A stretch of 64,000 bases of DNA from Monocercomonoides exilis PA203 (Eukaryota > Protista > Preaxostyla). The stretch lies in contig LSRY02000014.1 of NCBI GenBank assembly GCA_001643675.2, forward strand, positions 496,001 to 560,000, written 5' to 3'. The position numbers were made by a program, and so were the translations under genes. Shown piece after piece: positions 49,701 through 59,537 of the stretch; position 1 is the first letter of the stretch, and the number at the start of each line of letters is the position of its first letter. A model generated the notes under the pieces. It did no database searches. It worked only from the letters and a program-made list of their open reading frames with translations, and had not been told where the DNA came from.

Positions 49701-52700
49701 CACATTTTTGGAGATAACGAGAAATAATGGAAATGGCGGAGTGATGAATGGGGATGCGAGGAATGGAGAATGCATTGAGATTACAAACTGCACTTTTGAG
49801 AAGTGTGGTTGTGAGGCAGATGGTTCAGTGGGAGGAGGAATGGTGATGATTGTGAGAGAAGGAGGGAGGTTTGTGTATGAGCGCAATAAGATGGACAAGT
49901 GCACTGTACCATCTGGAAGTGGAAAGGGAGGAGGGCTGTATGTGAGGTTTGAGAGCACGAACATCACATATTCAATGAAAAACAACGAATTCAGAAACAG
50001 CGTGGCAGAAAAGGGAGATGATGTGTATCTGGTGTGTGAGTCACCATGGCTGATGCTTCTTCCGACATTGTGGTATGGGACAGCCACGAATGCGACAGTT
50101 CAGAAGTTGATGTGGGTTGAAGAGCTTTCTGACGCCAGCAAGGAAGGGTCTATCATAAGCTATTTGTTCCCGTCTTTGGGATCATATATGTTTGTGGATG
50201 GAACAGGGAACGACGGGCAGAACTGTGGATTGAAGGAAAACCCGTGCTTGTCAGTTGATGTGGGGTTTGCTCGGATGAAAGATGAGCATGTGATCATGCA
50301 GCTGGAAGGGGAGGCAGAAGTGAATGGGACAATCAATAGAAACGGAAAATCACTGACGATGCAAGGGAATGATGAGGCACAGAAAATGATTGTTGGGGAG
50401 GAAGGAAAATTTGAGCAGACAGCGGGTGAAGCATTAACGTATTTGATTTTTTCAGTTCTTGAGTTTGTTCTTCCGCGAGCACCGATGAATCTGGCAGAAG
50501 AACAGTCAGTTGTGGAAGTGAGGGTGGGGCAATGCACTTTTGTTGGCTGCACATTTTCTGGTTGTGTGAGTGCGTCGAATGAATGTGGGAAATGGATAGT
50601 TGCTGCGAAAGGAGGATTCGTTCATTTTGACAGGGCTGTGATGAAAGGAGTGCATTTTGGAGGAAGTGGGATTGCAATGTGTAGCGGTGGAAGCACAGCT
50701 TTTGAAAACTGCACAATCGATGATATGCACGCAAATGGTGTTGGGCTTGTTATGAATGAAGCAGGATCTGATGCATCTTTGAAGAACACAACAGTTACGA
50801 AATGCGTTGTGGGGTTGAGCTCATGTTTTGTGTCGAAAAAAGGAGCAAAATTGAGCATCAATGAAGAGAGCTCTTTTGAAGATATTCAAACTGAAAGCAT
50901 GCAAGGCGGATGTATCCGATGCGAATTGGGAATGAATGATCAAATCAAAGTTGAATTTGTATCTTTTATGAAATGTTCAGCTAATAAAAATGAAGGAAGA
51001 GGAGGAAGTGTGTATTTGGATGTGCTGGATGATAGTGAGAACAACATCAGATTTTCAGAAGTGCAATTCAAAGGCAACCAAGCATTTGAAGGGAAGGATT
51101 TGTTTGTCTCGTGCAAAAAACTGAACGAAACGGTGACAAGTGCGGGGTTTGGATTTGAGTATGAGGATGAAGAAGGAGTATTTGTTGATATGAAAGGAAG
51201 GGATCGAGATCGGTTTGAAGAAAGTGTGGATCTTCGGTTGTTTCTTGTTGAAAGAAAGGCGGAGGAAGTGTTTGTGTCTTCAGAGGGATATGATGCAGCT
51301 GGGTGTGGAAGCGAGATTTTTCCTTGCTGTTCTGTGTGGAGTGGAATTAACCATATTGGTGGGAATGAGGTGGGAACTGAAGGGAGACTGGTTGTGATGG
51401 ATGAAAGCAGAGTTGAAGATTGCTTCATGTTTGATGAAGAGATGGCTTTTGATTGCCATGTGAATGAAGAGGAAGAGGTGAAATGGAAGCTGATCCACTT
51501 TTCCAGCTCAATAACAGGGAATAACATGATTTCAGTGATTGCTTCGAGTAATTCACTCAGTTTGCTTTCGCTGAAGCTTGAGATTCCTTCGTTGTTTGAA
51601 GCGAAATTAGCATCATTGATTTTTTCGAGCGGAAAGCTTCGATTTGAGAATTGCACTTTTGCTGTGATGGTGGCAGATGCAGTTGAATACTCGCTTGTGA
51701 AAACAACGAGTGGAACATGCTCGATGATTGGGTGCTCATTGCAATGTTGCCTGTTTGCCATTTCTCCGTTTGTGGTTTCATCTTCGCTGGAGCTTGAACG
51801 CTGCAACTTCTCTCAAATAGAGAATACCGGAGGCAATGAAGGTGGCGTGATGAATGTGATATTGAAAGAAGAAGAATATGTTGCGATCAAGGATATTAAT
51901 TCATCAGTCTGCTCGCTATCTGGTGATCACAACAGAGGAGGGTTTTTGTTTTTGAATTGCCAGAAATGCAGCAGCGGCAACAACGGCATGCCTTTGCTCA
52001 TGGATGTTGGTGTGAAGTTTGACAAGAACAGAGCAGATATTGGAAAGAATGTGTTTATTTTGGCGGCTGATTTGAACAGCACAGTGAGGGTAGATACATT
52101 CAGATTTGATTATGAGTCGATGAAGGAAGACGGATTGCTGTTTGTTGGGAGCGACAACATTCATTCAAACAAAGATTTGCTCATGTTTCTGATTCCGTAC
52201 AGCTCATTTGAGATATTTATCTCATCGGACGGATTTGATGTGGCCCGATGTGGAAGCAAGGAAGAGCCATGCAGAACACTTTGGAAAGGGATGAAAAACA
52301 TGAAAAAGGAGATTGGAATGAAAACGATTCAAATCGAAGGATCAACTATCATTCATGATTCATTCAATGTGTCCAGCTTCAAGTTTGAAAAAGCAGAGAC
52401 AATGGGCGAAGAAAATGAAAAGGCTGTGCTGTTTTTGGAGAAGGCAGTTGAAGATGGACTGGATTGCTATTTGGTGAATCACAAGTCACTTTCGTTCACA
52501 GACATTGCACTTCACTCGGGAACTGGAGTTGATAATGCTTGCAGAACTGCAGTTGCAAATAGAGCTGGGAAGTTGGAAATGACTGGATGTTCATTTCGCT
52601 CAGATGCTCAGCAAAGCACTCCAAGCAGATGCGTGTTTGTGGCGATGGATGCAGGAGAACTGATTGTAAAAGATTTGTCGATGGACTCCGGCAGTGTTGG

Positions 52701-55700
52701 ATGCAGTGTTTTTGTGATCAATGAAGTTGGCGTTGGTTGCACCATGGAGAGTGTTGATTGCTCATCTCTGAATGAAACTGATGGATGTGTTTTCACAGTG
52801 AAGGAAACTGAAGAGCAAATGTGCACGAACAGTGGGAAAGAAATGAGCAGCGTTTTGATTGAGAATTGCTCGTTTGTGGGAATGAAAAGAAAGGATGATG
52901 GAGCAAGTGTGTGTGAGATGAAAGGAGAGAGCGGGATTGAGCTGAGGATTGAGGACAGTTTGTTTGTGGACAACAAAGCAGAAGCAAGCGAGAAAGGCGG
53001 AGTGATGCTATTTGTGTTGAGTGGGTCAGGGGCATTGCGTATTTCGAGATCGACGATAAGTCGGTGCTGTTGCAGCGAGAGTGGGAAAGGAGGAGGGGTG
53101 TATTTGAGGAGCAGAGAAACAGGAAGGCTGAATTTTGTGTTTGAGAAGATGAATTGGGGTGCAAACATAGCAGGTGTGGGGAATGATATTTTTGTTGAGT
53201 GCTACAACATCACGAGCCAGATTAATGAAACGCAGTTTCATTTCGATCTGAGAGAGAAGTATTATGTTCAGCTGAATGCGATATATGGAATAGATGTGAC
53301 TGAGCACACAGGAGACACAAACTTGATCGATTTCATAACGATCCATCAGAGCGATACGATTGTTGTGTCGAGTGAGAACGGGTCGAATGAGCGCCAGTGT
53401 GGTGCGTACTCTCTTCCGTGCTATTCGATTGAATATGGACTGATGCACCTGACTTCAGAGTTCATGAGCCTTGTGTTTGCAGATGGAGCAAGTGTGATCA
53501 ATGGGGAGCTGCAGCTGGAAGAGATGAGTCTGATTTCGAGAGGTCGAGGATTGTGCGTTGTGGAAGTGTGCCCTGCAGTCGAATGTTCCCGAGAGGCTCT
53601 GATAGAAACATCAGGTGCTGTGTCAATTTCAAGACTGAAATTTGTGTTTGAGACTGAATTTGCTTCACTTCATTCTATTCTTCTTTACCCTGTCGGAGGA
53701 TTGCTGGAAGTGGCGAACTGCACATTCAGCACCAAAATCACAGAGGGAATGGGAGAACATGTGCAATCGAGTATTCCATTCTGCATTGTGCGAATTGAGA
53801 GAGGTGAATGCATGCTTGAGGGCTGTGTGGTGTCAGATCTTTCACTCTCTGCTTCAGCTGTCTGTATGCTTCAATCTGCAATCCTTTCCTTGATTTCGTG
53901 TGACTTTTTTGATCTCAGGATGGGAACAAGCCTTATTGATGCAGTTGAAGGAGAGCAGTTGGGAATAGAAAAAATGAGTGCAACAAACATTACATCGTCT
54001 GACGATGGGGCATCGTTGATATCATGTTTGAAAATGAAAAAGATGACACAGCTGACAAATTGTTCATTGAGAAATACACTTGCTGCAAATGGAGAAGGAA
54101 AGGGAAAATGTATTTCTGTGAAGGAGAGTGAAAGCACTGTGATTGAGAGCTGCATTTTTGATGGCAACACAAACGAAAGAGAGTCTGTGAAGATTAGAAA
54201 TATGGATGAAAAAGCAAATGGAAACAATAACAAAAATGAGATATGCAAATGGAATGGATCAGTTGTTGAGGTGAAGGAGAGTTCTGTGGTGATGAAAGAT
54301 ACAACAATCTCAAATTCACATGATGGTGGACTTGCAATTAGTGGAGGAAGCGTAACAATTGAAGCAGGGAATTTCACGAACAACAACCCATCAATTGAAG
54401 GATATTCATCATTGAGAAGAAACATTCTCTGTTCAGATTCAGGAGTGTTGAATGTGATGAATTTGAAAGGAGGAGATGGATTGAAGGATAATTCTTCACT
54501 TTGGATATTGGATGAAGGATGCGAGTTGAGCGGGATGATGGAGGAGAGAGGATCACCACTATTCATCCCAGTTGTGGAAGAGGCGAGGAATGAGACAGGA
54601 TCTGAGGGAAGAACAATCATCACGCTGAGTGGGAGACTTCTTCTACCATGTGATGTTTGGTTGAAGTTGAGCTTCAGGAATGGAAGGGAAGAGGTGGTTG
54701 AGAGCTATGGGATTGGAGAAAAGGAAAGTGAGTCAGAGAACGAAATTGTTGCAGTTGTTTCATCTGTTCAGATGGGAGCAGTGGGAGCAGAGACAGAAGT
54801 GTCTGTGAGTCTTTTGTTTGGAAAGATTGATTCGCCTTCATCGACTGATTCGTTTATCCTGAAGAATAGAAGCGAAACCGAAGGAAAAAGAGATGGCAGA
54901 ATTGCTGAAAGTGGGAAAGAAGGAAAATTCTCATGGGCATTAATTGTGTGCATTGTGATTGTAGTAATACTGTTAATTATATCCATTATATTCATTGTCC
55001 GGTGGAAGAAGGTGAAGAATGAAGCAGAAGATCTGAGAGAGATTGTGAATGATAACATCAGAAAAGATCCGAAGGCATTTGAGATGGTGACGATGGAGAT
55101 GTCACCGGAGGAGCAGTGGAGGAGAGCAGAAAGGGAGGCAGAGAAGAAGAATGAAGAGAGGATAAAGAAGAGGGTGTATGAGAAAAGCTTGGGACACTCG
55201 GAGTCATCAGAGCATTTGCTGAGTGAGAGTGGCTCCACTGAATACATTTTGGGAAGAGACTCGGACAAGATTCCAGAATGGATGCTGGAGAAGGTGGATG
55301 AGAAAGAAGTTGAGGAAGAGACAAGAAAGCGAACGCCATCACCTTCCATTTCATCCACTTCAACCACAGATACTTCAGACACAGAATCCACTTTTGTTCG
55401 AGGGGAGGATCTGTGCCCAACAACCTCATCCATGTCGAATCTGGTGGATGCAATGGCCTGCTCGTCTCCACATGAGAAGCTGATTGTGGATCTGAGGGAT
55501 TCGCTGTTCATGTTGCTTCATGGAAGGAATGAGAAGAAGGAGATGGCGATAGGCACATTGACTGAGAGAGAGCAAACAGCTGCGCAGATCCTGTTCTGGG
55601 TGGCGAATCTGGCACTCCATTCATTTGATGAAATGGAAAATCCACTCCAATCTCTTTCCAATCTCAGTCCCCACATTGTGCTGTTCTCTGAGCACATGGT

Positions 55701-55815
55701 GATCTGCATTGTGATGCATTCAGACTTCTCATCTTCAGACTCAGATTCCTCATCGATCTCATCAACAACAGTTGTGACATCTGCAAGTGATGATAATGAT
55801 GATGATGATGATTGA
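43778..55815 (+). CDS. Giant single-pass surface receptor-like protein (signal peptide, 8 Cys-capped beta-helix-like modules, TM, degenerate kinase), truncated by a retrotransposon
   Basis: join(43778..44769,44904..55815), ~3,967 aa. It has the signal-like MQASNCLFVVLLSFAV, eight V-S-x2-G-x-D-x3-CG-x4-PC-x-T/S anchors, GGG/GGA and FxxN motifs, and a TM segment WALIVCIVIVVILLIISIIFIV (54934-54999) followed by RWKK. The TGA at 55813-55815 is created by the insertion junction. Confidence 0.85.
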
Positions 55816-55830
55816 AAAAGAAAATATGTA

Positions 55831-55893
55831 TCTCACTTCCTTCTCTTTATTTGAGAGCATCACTTAAGGGTCAGTCACCCTGCTGATCTGAAA
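55831..55893. repeat. DIRS inverted terminal repeat (3' end of element)
   Basis: TCTCACTTCCTTCTCTTTATTTGAGAGCATCACTTAAGGGTCAGTCAC..CTGATCTGAAA is the reverse complement of 60340-60403. The first 48 nt match exactly, then a small mismatch patch follows. Confidence 0.93.
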
Positions 55894-56077
55894 TGGAAAA
55901 CATAAAATATTTTCATGTGAATCAAAAATGTTCAAGAAAACTTATAAGAATAATTGTTGATATGTTTTGTTTATTATCAAACTTTAGTGCATTAAACAAG
56001 CGCACCTAAAGAAAAGGAGATGAAAAAGGTGTTTATATATGTATTCTTGAGGGGTGGGAGTGCAACGTGGTGGGAAA

Positions 56078-56180
56078 AAAGAGAAGGAAGTGAGATACAT
56101 ATTTTCTTTTTCAATCAAAGCACATATGCACTTTGATTTTAAAGAAAACATTTTCTCACTTCCTTCTCTTTATTTGAGAG
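56078..56180. repeat. DIRS internal complementary region (ICR)
   Basis: Exact reverse complement of 60377-60444 joined directly to 55814-55848, i.e. a copy of the circularised end-to-end junction. Confidence 0.93.
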
Positions 56181-56231
56181 AATACACATAATTGGGCGTT
56201 TCATAAGATTATTTTAAATTAAATAATCTCA

Positions 56232-59200
56232 TTATTCATCATCATTGAGCAATCTTTCCAGTAGTTCCTTTTTGCACTGGTATCTTGTGCGCACCGAAAG
56301 TTGAATCGTCTTTTCTTGAACAGCCTCAGCTGACGAACAGTAACCTTTCGGGGAAGACTTTTTTCTTTCGCGCAGAACTGGCGTTTGAACCTCTTTGTAG
56401 TTTTGATCCATCTCATCTTCACAGTTATCGCTTGCTGAAGATGATTCGCTGGTGGTGTTGCAATCTGACGTGTCGTCAAAAATAATTTCCTGCTTCTGGG
56501 AAGTGTCCACTGCTGCTGTTTGCGTTAAGGCTTCGTGTTGCACTAGGCTATGTTCCAATGGTGTTGTATTTGTTTGACATGCAATTGTTTTTGCACATGT
56601 CATTGTTACGTCGGAGCGAAAGTAGTGTCTTGAGATCGTGTCACTCTTAGGAGATAGCCTGGCGAATCTTGCAATTTGTGCCACCGGAACTCCGGCCATT
56701 GTTAGTGCGGAAATGGAAGCATGCTTCAACGAATAAGGGCCAAAGTACTCTGGAACTCCTGCTTCAGTTAGGAACTCTTTTGCAAGTTTTCTCAATGACC
56801 TTGCTGATAAGGCGTTCATTTGGTCTTTTCCAACAAATAAATGGACTGGGTTGGATTGTGTTGTATTTTGTCTCTCCCACAACTCTCTGACAGCTGAAGC
56901 CGGACAAATTAGTGGAGAGTCGATCAAGAAGGGAATGATTATGTCTGTTCTTCCGAGAGTTGTTTTTAACGAGGTGTCTAAGGCAATAGAATCTTTTCTA
57001 ATCGAAGAATGAACGAGGTCAATTCTTTCAAGCTCAGTAAACCTGCATGCGGAAAAAAGCATACACAAGCAGATCGTTTTCTTGGTTAATTGTAACAATT
57101 GAAGCTTTGAATTTTCTCCAAGCGTTATGATGTAGTCCAACATGATCTTTGGATTCCAAATCTGCGGCTTATCTTTTTTCTTTCTCCTTTCTGCTCTTTT
57201 GAACGAGCGAAACAACATTTTTATGAGCGGAAACTCACCCAAACATCTGTCGAATAGTAGCTGAGTTAGCATAGACACTGCAGATCTCGTTTGGCACAGT
57301 GATGACACCTTCATTCCCCTATCGCGAAGAGTGATGAAAATATCGGAGCATTTTCCAACCCAATCACTCCACTCATCCGAAGGCGGGCCATATCCACGTT
57401 GAGCCCATTCCGATCCAAAATTAGACAGACCCGACATGTACCCCTCCCACGTTGTTTGTGCTAGACTGGATTTACAAATTTCCATAACGTTGTTTGAGAA
57501 ACCTTTCACTTCGAGGACAGCCTTGAACCATTCTTCGCCAGAGATTGTTACGGGTTGAGAAGGACAACTCTCATTTTCCCTGGCGGAAGGTTGGCTCCTG
57601 TTCGTTTCATCCAAATCCCCGGATTCAGCAGATCCGCTTGGTTCCTCCACGTCCATTCGAATGTCCTCATTCTGTTCAAGATTGGCTCCCAAATCTGTCC
57701 TTTCCAATCTGGCATGAGGAGCAAAACACGCGCTTTTTCTTTTATTGCTTTCATGAGAACTGGGACAATCAGAGGGATTGGAGGATGGGCTAGAACTGTT
57801 TCTCCTTCCCATGGATGTTGAAGCCCGTCTTCGTTTATCAGGCTTCCTGGCCCACACCAGCGCTTCACCTTTTGATTGCATCTTGTTGCAAACGCATCGA
57901 GAGTGAATTTCAGATTCGTCATCTTCTTCAGTACTTGAAATGCTTCCGGTTTGATTGTGTAATCGCCTCCCCTTTCTAGCCTTGACAGGGAGTCCGCTCT
58001 TGTGTTTCTTACTCCTGGTATGTGTTGAGCTTTCACTTGAATTTGGTTTTCGTTTGTTAACCTCCAGATCCTCCTTATTAAAGATCTCAGGTTCGATCCT
58101 GCGTTCCATCGGTTGATGTTGAAAATGGACGTTGAATTGTCCGATCTGATAAGCAGTTTTCTTATGTTCTTTGCTTTTAATGTTGGAAGAAAATTGCTTA
58201 ATGCTTTCCAAATTGCCCACAACTCTCGAAAGTTTGAACTTTGTTTTGTTTGCCAATGAGGGAGAGGGTGATGATAGTCGAGCGTTGTATTTCCCAAGCA
58301 AAGGCATGCTCCCATGGATCTTCCGGACGCGTCTGTTGTCAAGGTTGCTTTGGCCTGGAAGAGGGGGCAAAGGAACCTCGGCTGGTTCCGTTTCAGTCTC
58401 GATATCCATTGCTGAAGACTGTTCATTATTGACGGAGTTATTTTCGTCCTCCCCGACCATCCGGTTTGTCGAACAGTCCTGTTGAGTACTCGATACATCT
58501 GCGTGAGAAGAAGGGATGCCTCCTTGAAAACGAATCTTGTCGAATTGAGTTTTCCGATAAAGGTCGCCAAATCTCTTACCCGAACCTGACTTATACGAAT
58601 TGCTCTTTTTTCCCATTTGCTGCACTCCGAGATTAGTTCCTTCGCCTTTTCTTCTTGCAATCGTACCGTGAAGTTTCTTGTGTCCCACAAAAAGCCGAGG
58701 TACGAGAATGCCTGGGAGGGACTCAATTGACTTTTTTCTTCGTTTATGAGAAGGCCTAACTTGTTGAAAAGGCTGGTGACTTCCTGTGCTGTGTGGCGAA
58801 GAAATTCTGGATTTTTGTGAAGAAGAATAACGTCGTCGAGGTAAGCAATGATCTTGATTTTGAATTTTTGACGAATATACATGACAACTTTCCTCATAAT
58901 TTTTGTAAAAAGCCTCGGGGCGTCTTTGAAGCCAAAAGGCATTCCGTTGAAACAATAGAAGTTTCCGTTGAATTCGAATGAAAGATATGGTGAAAGCTCG
59001 TGATCCACCTTTATCAGATAGTAAGCTTGGTGCAGATCGAACGTGACCGCATAATCCTGCTGCTCTATGATTCTTTCCAATGTTCTGAAATCTTCCAATT
59101 TGAAGTGGACAGATTTGATAGCTTTGTTCAGTTCCCTGCAGTCGATTATCTGTCTCCATCCTCCGGTCTTCTTTTTTATAACAAAAACTGGATTCAAATT

Positions 59201-59537
59201 CTTGACTTTTTCCCGTTGGATCGGTTGGATTATTTTGTTCCTTAATTGTTCTTGAATAAGCTTGCTCATTGCATCCCGCGCTTCTTTTGATTGGTGAGGA
59301 TTGGTCCTGTTGATGTTTTGATTGGACAGTTTCCTCCGCGCTTGTTTGCTCTTCCAAATTGCAAATGCACCTCTTCGTACCAGTTTTGCTCCATCGATTT
59401 TTGACCATTCTTTCCAATGCTCTGCCGTTCTGCCCCCAACAATGTGCGCATCCACGGTTAATTTTGAGTTTGTCCCCTGGATCGTTGCCTGGAATTGCTT
59501 CTGCTGTTGTAAAAATTCGGGCCTCTCTTTCTGGCAA
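56232..59537 (-). CDS. DIRS tyrosine recombinase ORF (YR domain in the C-terminal ~430 aa; N-terminal part overlaps RT in another frame)
   Basis: SAM-like core-binding region (SSLAQTTWEGY..RSAVS), then CRFTEL, SLKT, CPASAV, LFV, YSLKHAS and TISRHY. The listed start is TTG, so the true start is uncertain. Confidence 0.88.
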   Translation of the reverse strand: MPEREARIFTTAEAIPGNDPGDKLKINRGCAHCWGQNGRALERMVKNRWSKTGTKRCICNLEEQTSAEETVQSKHQQDQSSPIKRSAGCNEQAYSRTIKEQNNPTDPTGKSQEFESSFCYKKEDRRMETDNRLQGTEQSYQICPLQIGRFQNIGKNHRAAGLCGHVRSAPSLLSDKGGSRAFTISFIRIQRKLLLFQRNAFWLQRRPEAFYKNYEESCHVYSSKIQNQDHCLPRRRYSSSQKSRISSPHSTGSHQPFQQVRPSHKRRKKSIESLPGILVPRLFVGHKKLHGTIARRKGEGTNLGVQQMGKKSNSYKSGSGKRFGDLYRKTQFDKIRFQGGIPSSHADVSSTQQDCSTNRMVGEDENNSVNNEQSSAMDIETETEPAEVPLPPLPGQSNLDNRRVRKIHGSMPLLGKYNARLSSPSPSLANKTKFKLSRVVGNLESIKQFSSNIKSKEHKKTAYQIGQFNVHFQHQPMERRIEPEIFNKEDLEVNKRKPNSSESSTHTRSKKHKSGLPVKARKGRRLHNQTGSISSTEEDDESEIHSRCVCNKMQSKGEALVWARKPDKRRRASTSMGRRNSSSPSSNPSDCPSSHESNKRKSACFAPHARLERTDLGANLEQNEDIRMDVEEPSGSAESGDLDETNRSQPSARENESCPSQPVTISGEEWFKAVLEVKGFSNNVMEICKSSLAQTTWEGYMSGLSNFGSEWAQRGYGPPSDEWSDWVGKCSDIFITLRDRGMKVSSLCQTRSAVSMLTQLLFDRCLGEFPLIKMLFRSFKRAERRKKKDKPQIWNPKIMLDYIITLGENSKLQLLQLTKKTICLCMLFSACRFTELERIDLVHSSIRKDSIALDTSLKTTLGRTDIIIPFLIDSPLICPASAVRELWERQNTTQSNPVHLFVGKDQMNALSARSLRKLAKEFLTEAGVPEYFGPYSLKHASISALTMAGVPVAQIARFARLSPKSDTISRHYFRSDVTMTCAKTIACQTNTTPLEHSLVQHEALTQTAAVDTSQKQEIIFDDTSDCNTTSESSSASDNCEDEMDQNYKEVQTPVLRERKKSSPKGYCSSAEAVQEKTIQLSVRTRYQCKKELLERLLNDDE
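57548..59455 (-). CDS. DIRS reverse transcriptase - RNase H - DNA N6-adenine methyltransferase-like polyprotein
   Basis: RT: NPVFVIKKKTGGWRQIIDCRELN, FDLHQAY, GMPFGFKDAPRLF, YLDD (58843-58832), NEEKS, YLG. RNase H: TTDAS, SSNFREL, SDN, HIPGVRNTRADSLSR. MT-like: LDAFAT, DGLQHPW, AHPPIPLI. The listed start is GTG. Confidence 0.93.
   Translation of the reverse strand: MDAHIVGGRTAEHWKEWSKIDGAKLVRRGAFAIWKSKQARRKLSNQNINRTNPHQSKEARDAMSKLIQEQLRNKIIQPIQREKVKNLNPVFVIKKKTGGWRQIIDCRELNKAIKSVHFKLEDFRTLERIIEQQDYAVTFDLHQAYYLIKVDHELSPYLSFEFNGNFYCFNGMPFGFKDAPRLFTKIMRKVVMYIRQKFKIKIIAYLDDVILLHKNPEFLRHTAQEVTSLFNKLGLLINEEKSQLSPSQAFSYLGFLWDTRNFTVRLQEEKAKELISECSKWEKRAIRISQVRVRDLATFIGKLNSTRFVFKEASLLLTQMYRVLNRTVRQTGWSGRTKITPSIMNSLQQWISRLKRNQPRFLCPLFQAKATLTTDASGRSMGACLCLGNTTLDYHHPLPHWQTKQSSNFRELWAIWKALSNFLPTLKAKNIRKLLIRSDNSTSIFNINRWNAGSNLRSLIRRIWRLTNENQIQVKAQHIPGVRNTRADSLSRLERGGDYTIKPEAFQVLKKMTNLKFTLDAFATRCNQKVKRWCGPGSLINEDGLQHPWEGETVLAHPPIPLIVPVLMKAIKEKARVLLLMPDWKGQIWEPILNRMRTFEWTWRNQADLLNPGIWMKRTGANLPPGKMRVVLLNP

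Noticed and set aside
55813-55835. Element removed from host mRNA as an intron (GTATCT at 55828)
   Set aside because: The junction stop TGA (55813-55815) lies upstream of that donor.
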